Under the pieces are notes generated by a model. That model saw nothing but the letters and a program-made list of their open reading frames with translations. It made no database searches and had not been told where the DNA came from. From the IMG/VR virus record IMGVR_UViG_3300042883_000874, positions 1 through 64,000 of that record: a stretch of DNA of 64,000 bases, one strand, 5' to 3'. The stretch is from a virus. Both the position numbers and the translations under genes were made by a program. Of the stretch, positions 28,001-37,500 are shown piece by piece; within the stretch, counting starts at the first letter, position 1; each line of letters opens with the position of its first letter.

Positions 28001-30245
28001 TGATAATTTACTTAACACAGAATATGTTAGAACTTGTTCATCTTTATATGGAGCATTAAAAGTTAGAATAAAAAATCAATATAGCCAATTAAATAATATT
28101 GTTCAGTTACCTACTTCACCATGTTATACTAGAGTATATATTGATAATGATGGTAACTTTCTTGATTCTAATGGTGCTAATGCTACACTATATTCTTCTA
28201 CAGAAACATTATTTGGTGGAGATGTTTATATAAACAAGTATACTGAAAAAAATACATTTTTCTTTTTCTATGATTGGTTAGAAGGTCAACCAGATGGTGC
28301 ACAGTTAGATTATTCTCAACATGTAATGGTTCCTTATCCTCATTATTGGGCTAACTTTAATGAATTTCAAACAAGTGATTTTACTACAAGTATATTTACT
28401 GCAATTACTGGAGGTTCAGTTGGTGGTTCAGCTGGTTTAACATTACCTAGTAGTTACTATGCTTTAGATGGAGAAGCCTTTATTCAAAATTCATTAAGTG
28501 CATTTAATCCTGATATTTTTAGATTTGATAAAAGAGGTTGGTTTTATTTATTTAATTCTGGTGTAAGAAACTTTTTTGTAGAAAGTGAAATTAATGTAGC
28601 TTATAGAGATAGAGGAGAGTTAGATGTACAAAGATTTTATGATCCTTATTCTGGTAGTGATACTAAAACTTTATTTGATACAGCTATAATTAAAGCAGGT
28701 AACTATTACAAGTATGATATATCATTAAGTGTAACTAAGTTATTTAAAAATTACACTTCTTGGGCTAGTATGCAAGCTAGTACTTATAATCCTTATATAG
28801 CAGAAACTTGTTTTGTATATATACCTACTAGAGTTATCTATTCTTTACCAGCTCAGTATGAAGGTTTAAAAGATGCTTGGAAAGTATTCTTAGCAAATAA
28901 CTATTATGATTTTGATAATGTAGTTACTTGTATTAAACCTATAAATAAAAGTGGTGCTATTATATTCTTTGATGCAGCAAGCCCAGTTCAATTCCAAGGT
29001 ACTGATCAATTAGAAACAGGCTTAGGAACTAAACTTACTATTGGTGATGGTGGATTATTTTCACAACCTTTGCAAGCTCTTATTAATGTAGATTCTTCTC
29101 ATGAGTATGGATCTTGTCAAAACAGAATGAGTGTTATTAATACTCCTGCTGGTGTATATTGGATTAGTCAAAACCAAGGTAAGATATTTACTGTTGCAGG
29201 AGGTGGTATTAAAGAAGTATCTAATATAAATTTAAAATGGTGGTTTAACCAATATTTACCTTATCAGTTAATTGATGATTATCCAAATTTTCAATTATTA
29301 GATAATCCAGTTATTGGTCTTTCTTGTCAATCAGTATATGATAATGAAAATGGTTTATTATACTTTACTAAAAAAGATTATTCTTTAAAGAAAGATCTTG
29401 CATCAAAACCTGTTTATATAGGTGGTAATAAATTCTTAGTAGATGGTATGTTAAATATTCAATTAGGAAATCCTAATGATATTTACTGGCCATTATATTT
29501 TGATGAGGCATCATGGACTATAAGCTTTGACCCTAAAACTCAAGGTTGGTTAAGTTATCATGACTGGCATCCTAACTTCTGTCTTCCGGGTAAGAACACC
29601 TTTATGACTGTTAGTCCTTTAGATGGTAAAAGTATTTGGATTCATAATGAAAGATTTGATCTATATTGTAATTACTATGGAGAAGATAAACCTTTTGAAG
29701 TTGAGTTTCAAGTTACTACTGGTCAGGAAATAACTTCTCTAAGAAGTATCCAATATTACTTAGAGTGTTACAAGTATTCTCCTAATGGTTATGATAGATT
29801 TCATGTATTAGATTATAACTTTGATGAAGCTACAATTTATAACACTGAACAAACTTCAGGCTTATTAAAACTAATACTTAATCCTAAAGAAAATCCTACT
29901 GCTATATTAACTTATCCTATTATTAACCCTACTAATATAAATGTTCTATTCTCTAAGGAAGAAAACAAATATAGATTTAATCAGTTCTGGGATATTACAG
30001 AAGATAGAGGAGAATACTTTAATGCTTTGATTCCAGGATTTGCAGAAAGACCTATTTGGGATACTGCAAGTAATGGTTATATTAGAGTACTTAATTCTTT
30101 TAACTTAAACTATAATAAAGATCCTTTTCAAAGAAAGAAATTCAGACATTATAAAGTTACTGTGTTATTAAGAAAGTTAGTATCAGGAAATAGAAAAATG
30201 TTGGTAATGTTAGCAGAAACTAAAAACCTTTTATCCCCAAGATAA
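25047..30245 (+). CDS. Tail stabilization / muzzle protein
   Basis: 1732 aa. GYMRDEVYAF, IRHHKFP, FGGDVYI and WTISF...WLSYHDW propeller-type segments are typical of crAss-like muzzle proteins. Confidence 0.8.
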   Translation: MAQEQDTTPNSQPRTFDKSLNEDVNDFHLPSNEWTQARNAINNSVTGDLGKLGNEPANLKCVDITNIVIGTIHIITDKWVIFSTDGYGNCEIGLFKEGTCRYDPLVSDPCLSFQLENLVIGVSRSLSTCTYNIYWDDSINPSRVMEINVDYIDTDPTSVDYFNPNLFDSEVNGQYTSTIPWVQTCVDSNGTDPGGCIICTNTPVLDCDKLRLAQYILPICPRVEKGFSGGNLLNGSYMVAMAYSVNGQKMSDWYVSNTQGLFDHNNSSCSLDVFIDNIDQTFDQIIVATVATINQQTVVRQAGLYSTRQRRLSFDTIFDTWPTIPVEQLPIMTPIVNKTDAMYSVGDYLIRVGPTSKENFNYQPLANQIVTKWQSVEYPSDYYHKGGNKTGYMRDEVYAFFIEWIYDTGDTSASYHIPGRPPLLYTIPYSIPSITISEIADWNYIPPPGSTNNALVGDTMVFETYNTATWTGAPGTPLSDGGVVIAEGYMGYWQSTEYYPDKHPEIWNASFYCWSTLNPIFPCIGTVLPPPYVGTPNDDYDLCGKPIRHHKFPEDIVSGDPSGSATLFNSGSGTTIRVMGVTFENIRAPRTNDGQLIPGIIGYRILRGTRNGNKTVIAKGIINNMREYNIPGSSKNGLMPNYPYNDLRADDYLSMGETKTDAVSGFITGFNPMPGGFIGESAFNDKHYTFHSPDTNFSNPFLAAKEFRVYTNISGNTIGKFDLSEKHPKEKLVSNLSFIIAGIGGIGIALVAANGKRQTPYKNPTVGYSGGLLGGYATGNLPSLPDIALLAIGAATKGVTQPFKGVVDAGVLGSTLLGKSTNFWYKFFQDIINAGYTGNAATVTQEVVQTPGYLDDISIFSAGPLGLLTAPPLFLNYFSDGTDSILRLMKALIRYRDFAVRYHSYGYYNNINARGSLFRSSLVSQQYLNPEILDLNSTYKINNLFRSRTVHFESISSFGFPLITDDSRFTGAEAQTGLPADKKTIDNLLNTEYVRTCSSLYGALKVRIKNQYSQLNNIVQLPTSPCYTRVYIDNDGNFLDSNGANATLYSSTETLFGGDVYINKYTEKNTFFFFYDWLEGQPDGAQLDYSQHVMVPYPHYWANFNEFQTSDFTTSIFTAITGGSVGGSAGLTLPSSYYALDGEAFIQNSLSAFNPDIFRFDKRGWFYLFNSGVRNFFVESEINVAYRDRGELDVQRFYDPYSGSDTKTLFDTAIIKAGNYYKYDISLSVTKLFKNYTSWASMQASTYNPYIAETCFVYIPTRVIYSLPAQYEGLKDAWKVFLANNYYDFDNVVTCIKPINKSGAIIFFDAASPVQFQGTDQLETGLGTKLTIGDGGLFSQPLQALINVDSSHEYGSCQNRMSVINTPAGVYWISQNQGKIFTVAGGGIKEVSNINLKWWFNQYLPYQLIDDYPNFQLLDNPVIGLSCQSVYDNENGLLYFTKKDYSLKKDLASKPVYIGGNKFLVDGMLNIQLGNPNDIYWPLYFDEASWTISFDPKTQGWLSYHDWHPNFCLPGKNTFMTVSPLDGKSIWIHNERFDLYCNYYGEDKPFEVEFQVTTGQEITSLRSIQYYLECYKYSPNGYDRFHVLDYNFDEATIYNTEQTSGLLKLILNPKENPTAILTYPIINPTNINVLFSKEENKYRFNQFWDITEDRGEYFNALIPGFAERPIWDTASNGYIRVLNSFNLNYNKDPFQRKKFRHYKVTVLLRKLVSGNRKMLVMLAETKNLLSPR

Positions 30246-32917
30246 TGAAGCAAAATAAGATACCTAGAAATGAGTACATCATAAAACCTAAAGGAAAAAC
30301 CAATCCTTATAAACATGATGTTGTATATACTAATCTTGGTCAGTGGAAATATCCGGGTCAGGTAACTAAGATTCCTAGTAACCAGATTACTATGCAAGGT
30401 GTAAACTATCCAGTACAAGGTATAGATGACACAGGTTACTCTCAAATGATGTATCCAGGTATGGACTATCAGTTTCCAGGTCAGTATGTTACAGAGTATC
30501 CTATGGCTCAAGATGGTAGACAAGTAAATGAATTTGAAGCTGATCTTATATCTAAAATTTTGATGAATAGAAACAAAGATAAAGACTTTGTTAAAAGAGC
30601 TTATGATGTAGGAGCTTATCCAGATTCTAATATGTTTACTAAATTAGATGATAATGAATTTGGTCAAAGAAATTCTCATTTAATGGGTTGGGAAGAAGAT
30701 GAGTCTGGACAAGCTTATATGTATCCAAGTGTAATGAATCCAACAAATGAATCTATAAAAGTACCTAATCAATATGCAGATTATATATCTTCTGAAGGAT
30801 ATAAAAAAGCTACAGGAATGATTCCTGAAAAACCTTTTGGTGGAATACATACTAAGACTAATACTCATATGGCAACAGGAGGTTGGTTAGATAGTTATCA
30901 AGATGGTGGAGATAATGAAAACAGTGTTATAAATATGCTAAGTAAAAACACTTTAGCTAAAGGAGAAAGATCTAATCAAGATAATACTAGAGTTTCTAAA
31001 GTTCCTATAAAAACATTACAGGCATTACAAGCACAAGCACAAGCTGAGAAAGCAGCTAGATATCAAGCTACAGAACAACCTGTATTATCTCAAGGTAAAA
31101 AACTTAATCCATCAGAACAAGCTTATAGTGATAAAGTAAAAGCAAGAATAGCTAATCCTTCTAATGACTTGGGAATAACTGCTGCTAACATGGCATCAGC
31201 ATTAACAAGATTTAGATATTTAAATCCTGAAGAAATTGCAGCTACTACAAATAATCCTAGTGCTACTGCTGGTTTAGCTTCAAATATTATGACTGAAGCT
31301 TTAGCTAATGAGATGGCTGGACCAGCTCTTGGAAAAGCTTTTAGTTCAGGATCTAAAAACTTAGCTAAGAAGAAATTAGAAGAACAAACTATTAATAATT
31401 TTCAACCACAACATTTTGATATACCACCACCACCATCATATGAACAATATGCTGCTAGTAACTTAGATCCAGTATCACAAAGAGTATGGCAACAACAACC
31501 TATAATTGATGATTTTATTATTACACCTGAAACTAGAGGTTTAATGAATTTTACTGATCCTGTAGATATAGCAAGAAATGCTTGGCACAACAATGATAGA
31601 TTTTTGACATATGCTGAAACACATCTTTTAGATAGAGAAGGTCTTGGAAATATAGAAGATTATTTAAGACCTAATGCACCTATTAATACAGGTTATACAG
31701 TACCTAATATTAATAGCCCTTCTTCTTGGACTAATTTTGAAACTTTACCTAATAAACCTGTAAATAGATCAGGCTTAACAAAAGAAGAAGCTTTAGAAAG
31801 ATTTGCTGGTACAGATAAAGAAGCTATTTCTAAGATGTCTGAAAAAGATTTTAAAGAAAGTGTTATGAAACCTACAGGTGAAATTGTACCATATAAATTA
31901 GGACCAGAAGTTAATCAAATGGCTTATAACACAGACTTAAGAAATATGCAATTAAAAGATGCAATTCCTATGAGCAATGAAGAATACTCTAGTGCTTTTA
32001 ATGAAAGACTTGATTTACTAAATGATATAATTGCAAAAAATAATAAATCAGGAGTTGAGTACAAAGTTACAGGATTAGATCCAGGAGGTAACTTAATATT
32101 TGAAACTCCTAAACAATTTATTAAGAAAGAATTAACAGGAAAACAAAAACAAAACTTAGACTTGTATCATAAAAATCCTCAAGATTGGTTAATTAAAAAA
32201 GCAGGTTTAAGAAAAGAAGGAGATGTATGGAAATTTAATAAAGATGTAAATGCTCCTACTTTTTCTGACAAACAAGCTGCTTTAAAGTATTTTGATGAAA
32301 AAGTTGTAAAGAATATGGCTAATCAAAAATTAGAAGGAAAATCAGTATGGTCAGTAGGAATTAATCCAGGACAATGGAGAGGTGAAGTTGAAGATATTGC
32401 TAATAGTGAATATTATAAAAGTATTCCAGGATTAGATATGAGAAATACATCAAGTAGTGTATTTGGAGATATGAAACCAAGAAGAGGTAGTGGTGCTTAT
32501 GAATCTATTAATGAATATCTTAAAGGATTAGATTTAGGTAGAGTAAAACCTGGTTTTAATTCTCAAACAAAATCTTCTAGAGAGCTTTGGGATAATAGTG
32601 TAAAAAAAGGAAAAGCTTTTGGTTTTTATAATGATCCAAATACTGTTTATGGTGCAATGAAAAGTGCATTACCTTATGTAGGAACTGGTGCATTAGGAGC
32701 AGCAGCTTTACAACAAGAAGAACTAGGAGGTTGGTTAGATGATGAATTTAGAAGAGGTGGTCAAAAAGGATTAAAGAAGTACACATCTAAAAATATTCAA
32801 TCTAGTGTTAATGATATAATGCTAAGAAATGAAACTTTATTTGGACCTGCTGGTAAGAAAAGATATAAACCAGGATTAAAGTATAAAGATGGTGGATGGC
32901 TTGATAATATGTATTAA
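30245..32917 (+). CDS. Mosaic virion cargo protein with GGWLD/xxxGG motifs
   Basis: 890 aa, no Cys seen. N-terminal ITMQGV.YPV domain, three GGWLD motifs, hydrophobic segment near the C-terminus. Confidence 0.6.
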   Translation: MKQNKIPRNEYIIKPKGKTNPYKHDVVYTNLGQWKYPGQVTKIPSNQITMQGVNYPVQGIDDTGYSQMMYPGMDYQFPGQYVTEYPMAQDGRQVNEFEADLISKILMNRNKDKDFVKRAYDVGAYPDSNMFTKLDDNEFGQRNSHLMGWEEDESGQAYMYPSVMNPTNESIKVPNQYADYISSEGYKKATGMIPEKPFGGIHTKTNTHMATGGWLDSYQDGGDNENSVINMLSKNTLAKGERSNQDNTRVSKVPIKTLQALQAQAQAEKAARYQATEQPVLSQGKKLNPSEQAYSDKVKARIANPSNDLGITAANMASALTRFRYLNPEEIAATTNNPSATAGLASNIMTEALANEMAGPALGKAFSSGSKNLAKKKLEEQTINNFQPQHFDIPPPPSYEQYAASNLDPVSQRVWQQQPIIDDFIITPETRGLMNFTDPVDIARNAWHNNDRFLTYAETHLLDREGLGNIEDYLRPNAPINTGYTVPNINSPSSWTNFETLPNKPVNRSGLTKEEALERFAGTDKEAISKMSEKDFKESVMKPTGEIVPYKLGPEVNQMAYNTDLRNMQLKDAIPMSNEEYSSAFNERLDLLNDIIAKNNKSGVEYKVTGLDPGGNLIFETPKQFIKKELTGKQKQNLDLYHKNPQDWLIKKAGLRKEGDVWKFNKDVNAPTFSDKQAALKYFDEKVVKNMANQKLEGKSVWSVGINPGQWRGEVEDIANSEYYKSIPGLDMRNTSSSVFGDMKPRRGSGAYESINEYLKGLDLGRVKPGFNSQTKSSRELWDNSVKKGKAFGFYNDPNTVYGAMKSALPYVGTGALGAAALQQEELGGWLDDEFRRGGQKGLKKYTSKNIQSSVNDIMLRNETLFGPAGKKRYKPGLKYKDGGWLDNMY
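30877..32740 (+). repeat. 16-bp direct repeat AGGAGGTTGGTTAGAT flanking a 1.85-kb in-frame segment
   Basis: Exact copies at 30877-30892 and 32725-32740. Confidence 0.8.
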
Positions 32918-32918
32918 T

Positions 32919-32931
32919 TTTTGTATATTTG
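32919..32931 (+). promoter_or_regulatory. Promoter motif TTTTGTATATTTG
   Basis: Exact motif with TAnnTTTG, 4 nt before ATG 32936. Confidence 0.7.
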
Positions 32932-32935
32932 TATT

Positions 32936-35638
32936 ATGACTAAAGAAGAAATGTTAAATGGTATGTCTGAACAAGAGTTCTATGACATGTATCCAACCCA
33001 AGAAGATTGGGATAATGCCCAACAAATGAAACTTGGTGGCTTAAGTGGGGCACCTCATAATGGTCAACCTACTGCTGATGAGTTCTTTAGTTATGGATCT
33101 CATTACAATGACTCAGTAAATGTACCTATGGGTAATCCTTATTATGCTGCTGAAGGTGGTACACCTTATTATGGTGGACCTACTAGACCTTATGCATATG
33201 GTGGAGGTTTACCAAATGGTGCTAATGAATATGATATGCCTTGTATGAATTGTGGTGGTTATATGGAAGAAGGTGGATACATGGAAGATGGTGGTGGAGA
33301 TTATAATTCTCCTACTAACTATGGATCATTTAATGTACCTATGGCTTATGGTGGAGGTTTACCAAAAGCACAAAGAGGTAATAATCCTAATTATAAGTAT
33401 ACTCCTTTATCTAAAAGAGATAGTACTAATGTAATGAGACAATTAGAAAAACCTGAGTTTCAACCAGGTTATTCATATAGAGTTTCAAAAAATAGAAACA
33501 ATGTCTATCAAACTTCACCAAGTGGTCAAGAAAATGAATATAATGGATGGCAAAGTAATACTGCTAAACATGCTGCTTTACAAGAGTATATAGCAAGACA
33601 AGATTTAGCTGCTGGAAAAGTTCCCTCTCAACCTCCTGTATTTGCAGATACATATAACCAATATCGTGGTATGGTAAAAGAAGATGGTGGTGTACTAGAT
33701 GCTAGTAATAACATGTCTTATCCTACTTTTGAAGATGGAGGAAAATATAATTTATTGAACCTTATTAAGGCTGCTTCAAAGAAGATGAAGAAAGCTTATG
33801 GTGGAGATACTGTAACTCAAGGTGGTAATTCTGATAATTATCCTCAAGGTATTACTCAAGCTTTTAAAAATGGTATTAAGAATAATACTATGAATGCTTT
33901 AATGAATGAAGAACAAGAATCATTCAGTAATGAGATTAAACAAATGGGTGGTTATTCTGGTGGTTATAATCAACAACCTCAGTTTGATAGAAAAAATCAA
34001 GGCATGCAAAATATGTATCAACAAAGAATAGATGATACACAATCTAATTTAAAAAATGACTTTAGTAATTTTGGACAGTCTATGAAATACTTAGGAGCTA
34101 CTGCTAATCCTTATACTAAAACTTCTGTTTCTTATGCTGCTGAAGGAACTCAAACTGGTTCAAGAAACATGTCAGCAGAAGAATGGGAGTGGATGGATGA
34201 ACAAAGAAAGGCTAAACAAAATGAAGCTAACTATGCTAGGTATTTTGGTTCTCAAGGAACAAGAGGAATGAATTATATTCCTATGAACTATAGTCCTTTT
34301 AATAAGATTTCTAAAAAAGATGTAGGAATAATGAAGCAACTTGCAGATAATCCTTCAACTAATCTTAAAGAATTTAGTCATAGACACTTTGGTCCTTGGA
34401 GTAAAACTAAAATGACTTTTGGTTATAAAGATCAAGCTCCTTTTACTGAAAATAAACAAGATCCTATTCAAGTAGATTTAAAGAATAATACTACTCAACC
34501 TTCATTTGAAGAACAAGCTGCTCTTCCATTAGTTGGACCAAGAGTTGATAATACTTCAACAACAGATGCTATGCAAGGTTTTATACCTAAGCAAATTTTT
34601 ATGGATAGTCAATTAACACCTAAAAATAATTATTCTCAATCATCTGGTTCAAATAATTCTATTAATTCTATGCAAAATGCAATGGATAATTCAATTGAAG
34701 GAACAAATCAAACAATAATATATAATAAACAACAAAAATATGGTGGCTTATCAAAAGCTCAATATGGTAAAGATCATATGAGTACAAATGCTGCTGATGG
34801 TACTTATGATAATTTTGGTAATGCTACAGGCTTAAGTTCAGCTACTGGTAATATGGGATTAAGTTCTAATCCTATGACTAATCAAGGTTCTTTTACTCCA
34901 ATAGGTAATGCACCAGGAGCAGCTCCTTCAAATATTTCTTATCAAGGAACTCCTCAACCAGCTTTTTCTACACCTGAGTCAGTAGGTATACAACAAAAAA
35001 ATACCATAATGAATGGAATGGGGGTTGATAAAACAGCTACTATTACTCAAAAAGGAAGACCAGGATTTAGTGGGGAAGGAATGGCTAATGCTATGATTGC
35101 AGGAACCAATATGGCATCTAGTTTTTTAGAGGCTGGTCAAAATGCTAAGAATGAACAAAAATTAGGAGAACTAAGATTAGCAGATAATGCTTTTGTATCT
35201 ACTCCGGGTAATGCACAAAGTAGAGGTGACTATGATCCTAACTCAGGAATGTTTAGACCTGATGATATGGTACCTGTTCAATTTGCTGGATATGGTGCTT
35301 ATGGTGGATCTTTTCAAGATGGTGGTATGCAACAACAACAACAACCTGATCCTCAACAAGTTATGCAAGGTGTTGCTACAATGTTACAGCAAGGTGCAAA
35401 ACCAGAACAAGTTGCTAAACAATTAGTTGAAATGGGTATACCTCAAGAACAAGTAATACAAATCATACAAGCTGTAATGCAACAATTACAAGGTGGTCAA
35501 GAACCTCAACAACAACCAATGAGATATGGTGGTTATGCAACAGGTGGTGCAGCTGAAGAAGAATCTTATGAAGAAGATTTAAATGAAGATGAGATTGCTG
35601 AGTTAAGAGCACAAGGATATGATGTAGAATATATTTAA
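32936..35638 (+). CDS. Low-complexity internal virion/cargo protein rich in xxxGG motifs (start corrected to ATG 32936)
   Basis: About 900 aa, G/Q/N/M/Y-rich, around 20 GG motifs. Confidence 0.65.
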   Translation: MTKEEMLNGMSEQEFYDMYPTQEDWDNAQQMKLGGLSGAPHNGQPTADEFFSYGSHYNDSVNVPMGNPYYAAEGGTPYYGGPTRPYAYGGGLPNGANEYDMPCMNCGGYMEEGGYMEDGGGDYNSPTNYGSFNVPMAYGGGLPKAQRGNNPNYKYTPLSKRDSTNVMRQLEKPEFQPGYSYRVSKNRNNVYQTSPSGQENEYNGWQSNTAKHAALQEYIARQDLAAGKVPSQPPVFADTYNQYRGMVKEDGGVLDASNNMSYPTFEDGGKYNLLNLIKAASKKMKKAYGGDTVTQGGNSDNYPQGITQAFKNGIKNNTMNALMNEEQESFSNEIKQMGGYSGGYNQQPQFDRKNQGMQNMYQQRIDDTQSNLKNDFSNFGQSMKYLGATANPYTKTSVSYAAEGTQTGSRNMSAEEWEWMDEQRKAKQNEANYARYFGSQGTRGMNYIPMNYSPFNKISKKDVGIMKQLADNPSTNLKEFSHRHFGPWSKTKMTFGYKDQAPFTENKQDPIQVDLKNNTTQPSFEEQAALPLVGPRVDNTSTTDAMQGFIPKQIFMDSQLTPKNNYSQSSGSNNSINSMQNAMDNSIEGTNQTIIYNKQQKYGGLSKAQYGKDHMSTNAADGTYDNFGNATGLSSATGNMGLSSNPMTNQGSFTPIGNAPGAAPSNISYQGTPQPAFSTPESVGIQQKNTIMNGMGVDKTATITQKGRPGFSGEGMANAMIAGTNMASSFLEAGQNAKNEQKLGELRLADNAFVSTPGNAQSRGDYDPNSGMFRPDDMVPVQFAGYGAYGGSFQDGGMQQQQQPDPQQVMQGVATMLQQGAKPEQVAKQLVEMGIPQEQVIQIIQAVMQQLQGGQEPQQQPMRYGGYATGGAAEEESYEEDLNEDEIAELRAQGYDVEYI

Positions 35639-35647
35639 ACAAATATT

Positions 35648-37495
35648 ATGGCAAGAGTTAGAATAACTAAAAGAGTACCAAAAGCATTATCAGGACTTGA
35701 AATGAAAATGAGTGCTGGTTTGTATGGTAAAGGTACAAATGGTAATAGCCAATTTAGAAAAAATGGCCACTTAGAAGCTGGAAAAATATCTCAACAACCT
35801 ACAGAAGTAAGAGATACTTTACAACCTGTAGCTAGAGATGGTGCAAACTTAGAAGCTGAAAGAGGTGAAACTGCAATGGTAAACATTGATGGTATTCCTG
35901 CTCATTTTAAAATTGGTGGTAAAAGACATAGTGAAGGTGGTACTCCATTAAACCTTCCTGATAACTCTTTCATCTTTAGTGACACAGCTAAGATGAAGAT
36001 TAAAGATCCTATCATGCTTGCACAATTTGGTATGGTACCAAAGAAGTCTGGATACACTCCAGCTGAGATTGCTAAGAAGTATGATATTAATAAATTTAGA
36101 CAAGTATTAGCTGATCCTAATTCTGAAGATGTTGATAGAAGCACAGCAGAGTTAATGATATCTAACTACAATATGAAGTTAGCTAAACTTGCTTTAGTGC
36201 AAGAATCATCTAAAGGATTTCCTCAAGGTATTCCAGTAGTAGCTATGCCTTATGTAATGGCTAGTGGTATGAATCCTGAAGAACTTTTACAAGTAGATAC
36301 ACAAGGTCAAGAAGAACAATCTGATGAAGATATGGGTGTATCTAGATATGGTGGAGGTTTAATGAGAGCTCAAGTAGGTGCAATTAATAAACCTGCACCA
36401 ACTGGTTCACTTACTGCAGCAACTTCTTATAATACTCCTTTACAAATTAATCAAGCTGATATGGAGTACACAAAAAATGGTGTATTAAATGATCTTGCTG
36501 ATTTTTCTTTAGGTGTATTAGAATTTCCACAAAGAGCTGCAATGTATGCAGGTACAGGAATGTTTGGTGATAAAGCTAGATATGAAATGCCATCAGAAGC
36601 TATTTTAAGAAATTATCCACAAGCATCTCCTGCATTAACTTTTGCTGCAGATTTAATAAGTCCAGGTTTAGTAGCTGGTGTTGTAAAATCAGCTTCAAGA
36701 ATAGGTGTTAAAACTATAGCTTCAGAGATTGCAAGACAAGCTGCTCAAGATGCTGCTAGGCATGTTGCAACAGAAGGTTTTAAAAAAGGAGCTAGTAAAT
36801 TAGTACTTAATAAACAAATGGCTGAAGAACTTTTAAAATCTTCAGGAAGAAAACTTACTGAAAGAAATTTTGCTATAGCTGAAAAAACATATAAGACAGC
36901 AGCTAATAAAGCTGTAGATTTGCTTATTAAAAAACCCATATTAAAAACACAACCAGCTAAACTTATTTCTAAAATAGATCCTGTAGCATTGAAAACTGCA
37001 AGTAAAACATCTGTAAAAGAAACAACAAAAATATTACCTGAAATGGTTGGTGAAAAAGTAACACAAGCTGCTAAATGGACTAATGAAAAAATTAGAAAAA
37101 TTGCACCTGTAGTAGCTGAAAAATTAGAAGATGCTGCAGACTTTACTAGAAAATATTCTCCAACAGTAGCTCCACTAAAAGCTCCTGTTGCAAAACAAAT
37201 ATTGACAAGAACTCAAAAAGATGATGGTTCTGATTTAATGCAAAATGTAGGATATGATAATGTTGCTAGAAAAGAGTTATATACACATTCTAAATATCCA
37301 GGTAAAACATTTTATTTAAATAAAGATATAGGTAGATATATATTAAATGAAGAAGCTAAACCTAAAGATATAAAGATTATTAAAGATAAACCTGCTGCAG
37401 CACCTAGTGCAACAGTAGCTCCTACAGCAACAGTAGCACCTACACAAACTACTACACCTGTTCAAGAAGATTATACACAAACATATAATTATTAA
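35648..37495 (+). CDS. Virion cargo protein
   Basis: 615 aa. ANLEAERGET...GKRHSEGG domain recurrent in crAss-like cargo proteins, then an Ala-rich amphipathic region. Confidence 0.6.
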   Translation: MARVRITKRVPKALSGLEMKMSAGLYGKGTNGNSQFRKNGHLEAGKISQQPTEVRDTLQPVARDGANLEAERGETAMVNIDGIPAHFKIGGKRHSEGGTPLNLPDNSFIFSDTAKMKIKDPIMLAQFGMVPKKSGYTPAEIAKKYDINKFRQVLADPNSEDVDRSTAELMISNYNMKLAKLALVQESSKGFPQGIPVVAMPYVMASGMNPEELLQVDTQGQEEQSDEDMGVSRYGGGLMRAQVGAINKPAPTGSLTAATSYNTPLQINQADMEYTKNGVLNDLADFSLGVLEFPQRAAMYAGTGMFGDKARYEMPSEAILRNYPQASPALTFAADLISPGLVAGVVKSASRIGVKTIASEIARQAAQDAARHVATEGFKKGASKLVLNKQMAEELLKSSGRKLTERNFAIAEKTYKTAANKAVDLLIKKPILKTQPAKLISKIDPVALKTASKTSVKETTKILPEMVGEKVTQAAKWTNEKIRKIAPVVAEKLEDAADFTRKYSPTVAPLKAPVAKQILTRTQKDDGSDLMQNVGYDNVARKELYTHSKYPGKTFYLNKDIGRYILNEEAKPKDIKIIKDKPAAAPSATVAPTATVAPTQTTTPVQEDYTQTYNY

Positions 37496-37500
37496 TAACT

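Noticed and set aside
32921-32935. TTG start for the 905-aa ORF
   Set aside because: It lies within the promoter box. ATG 32936 is the more plausible start.
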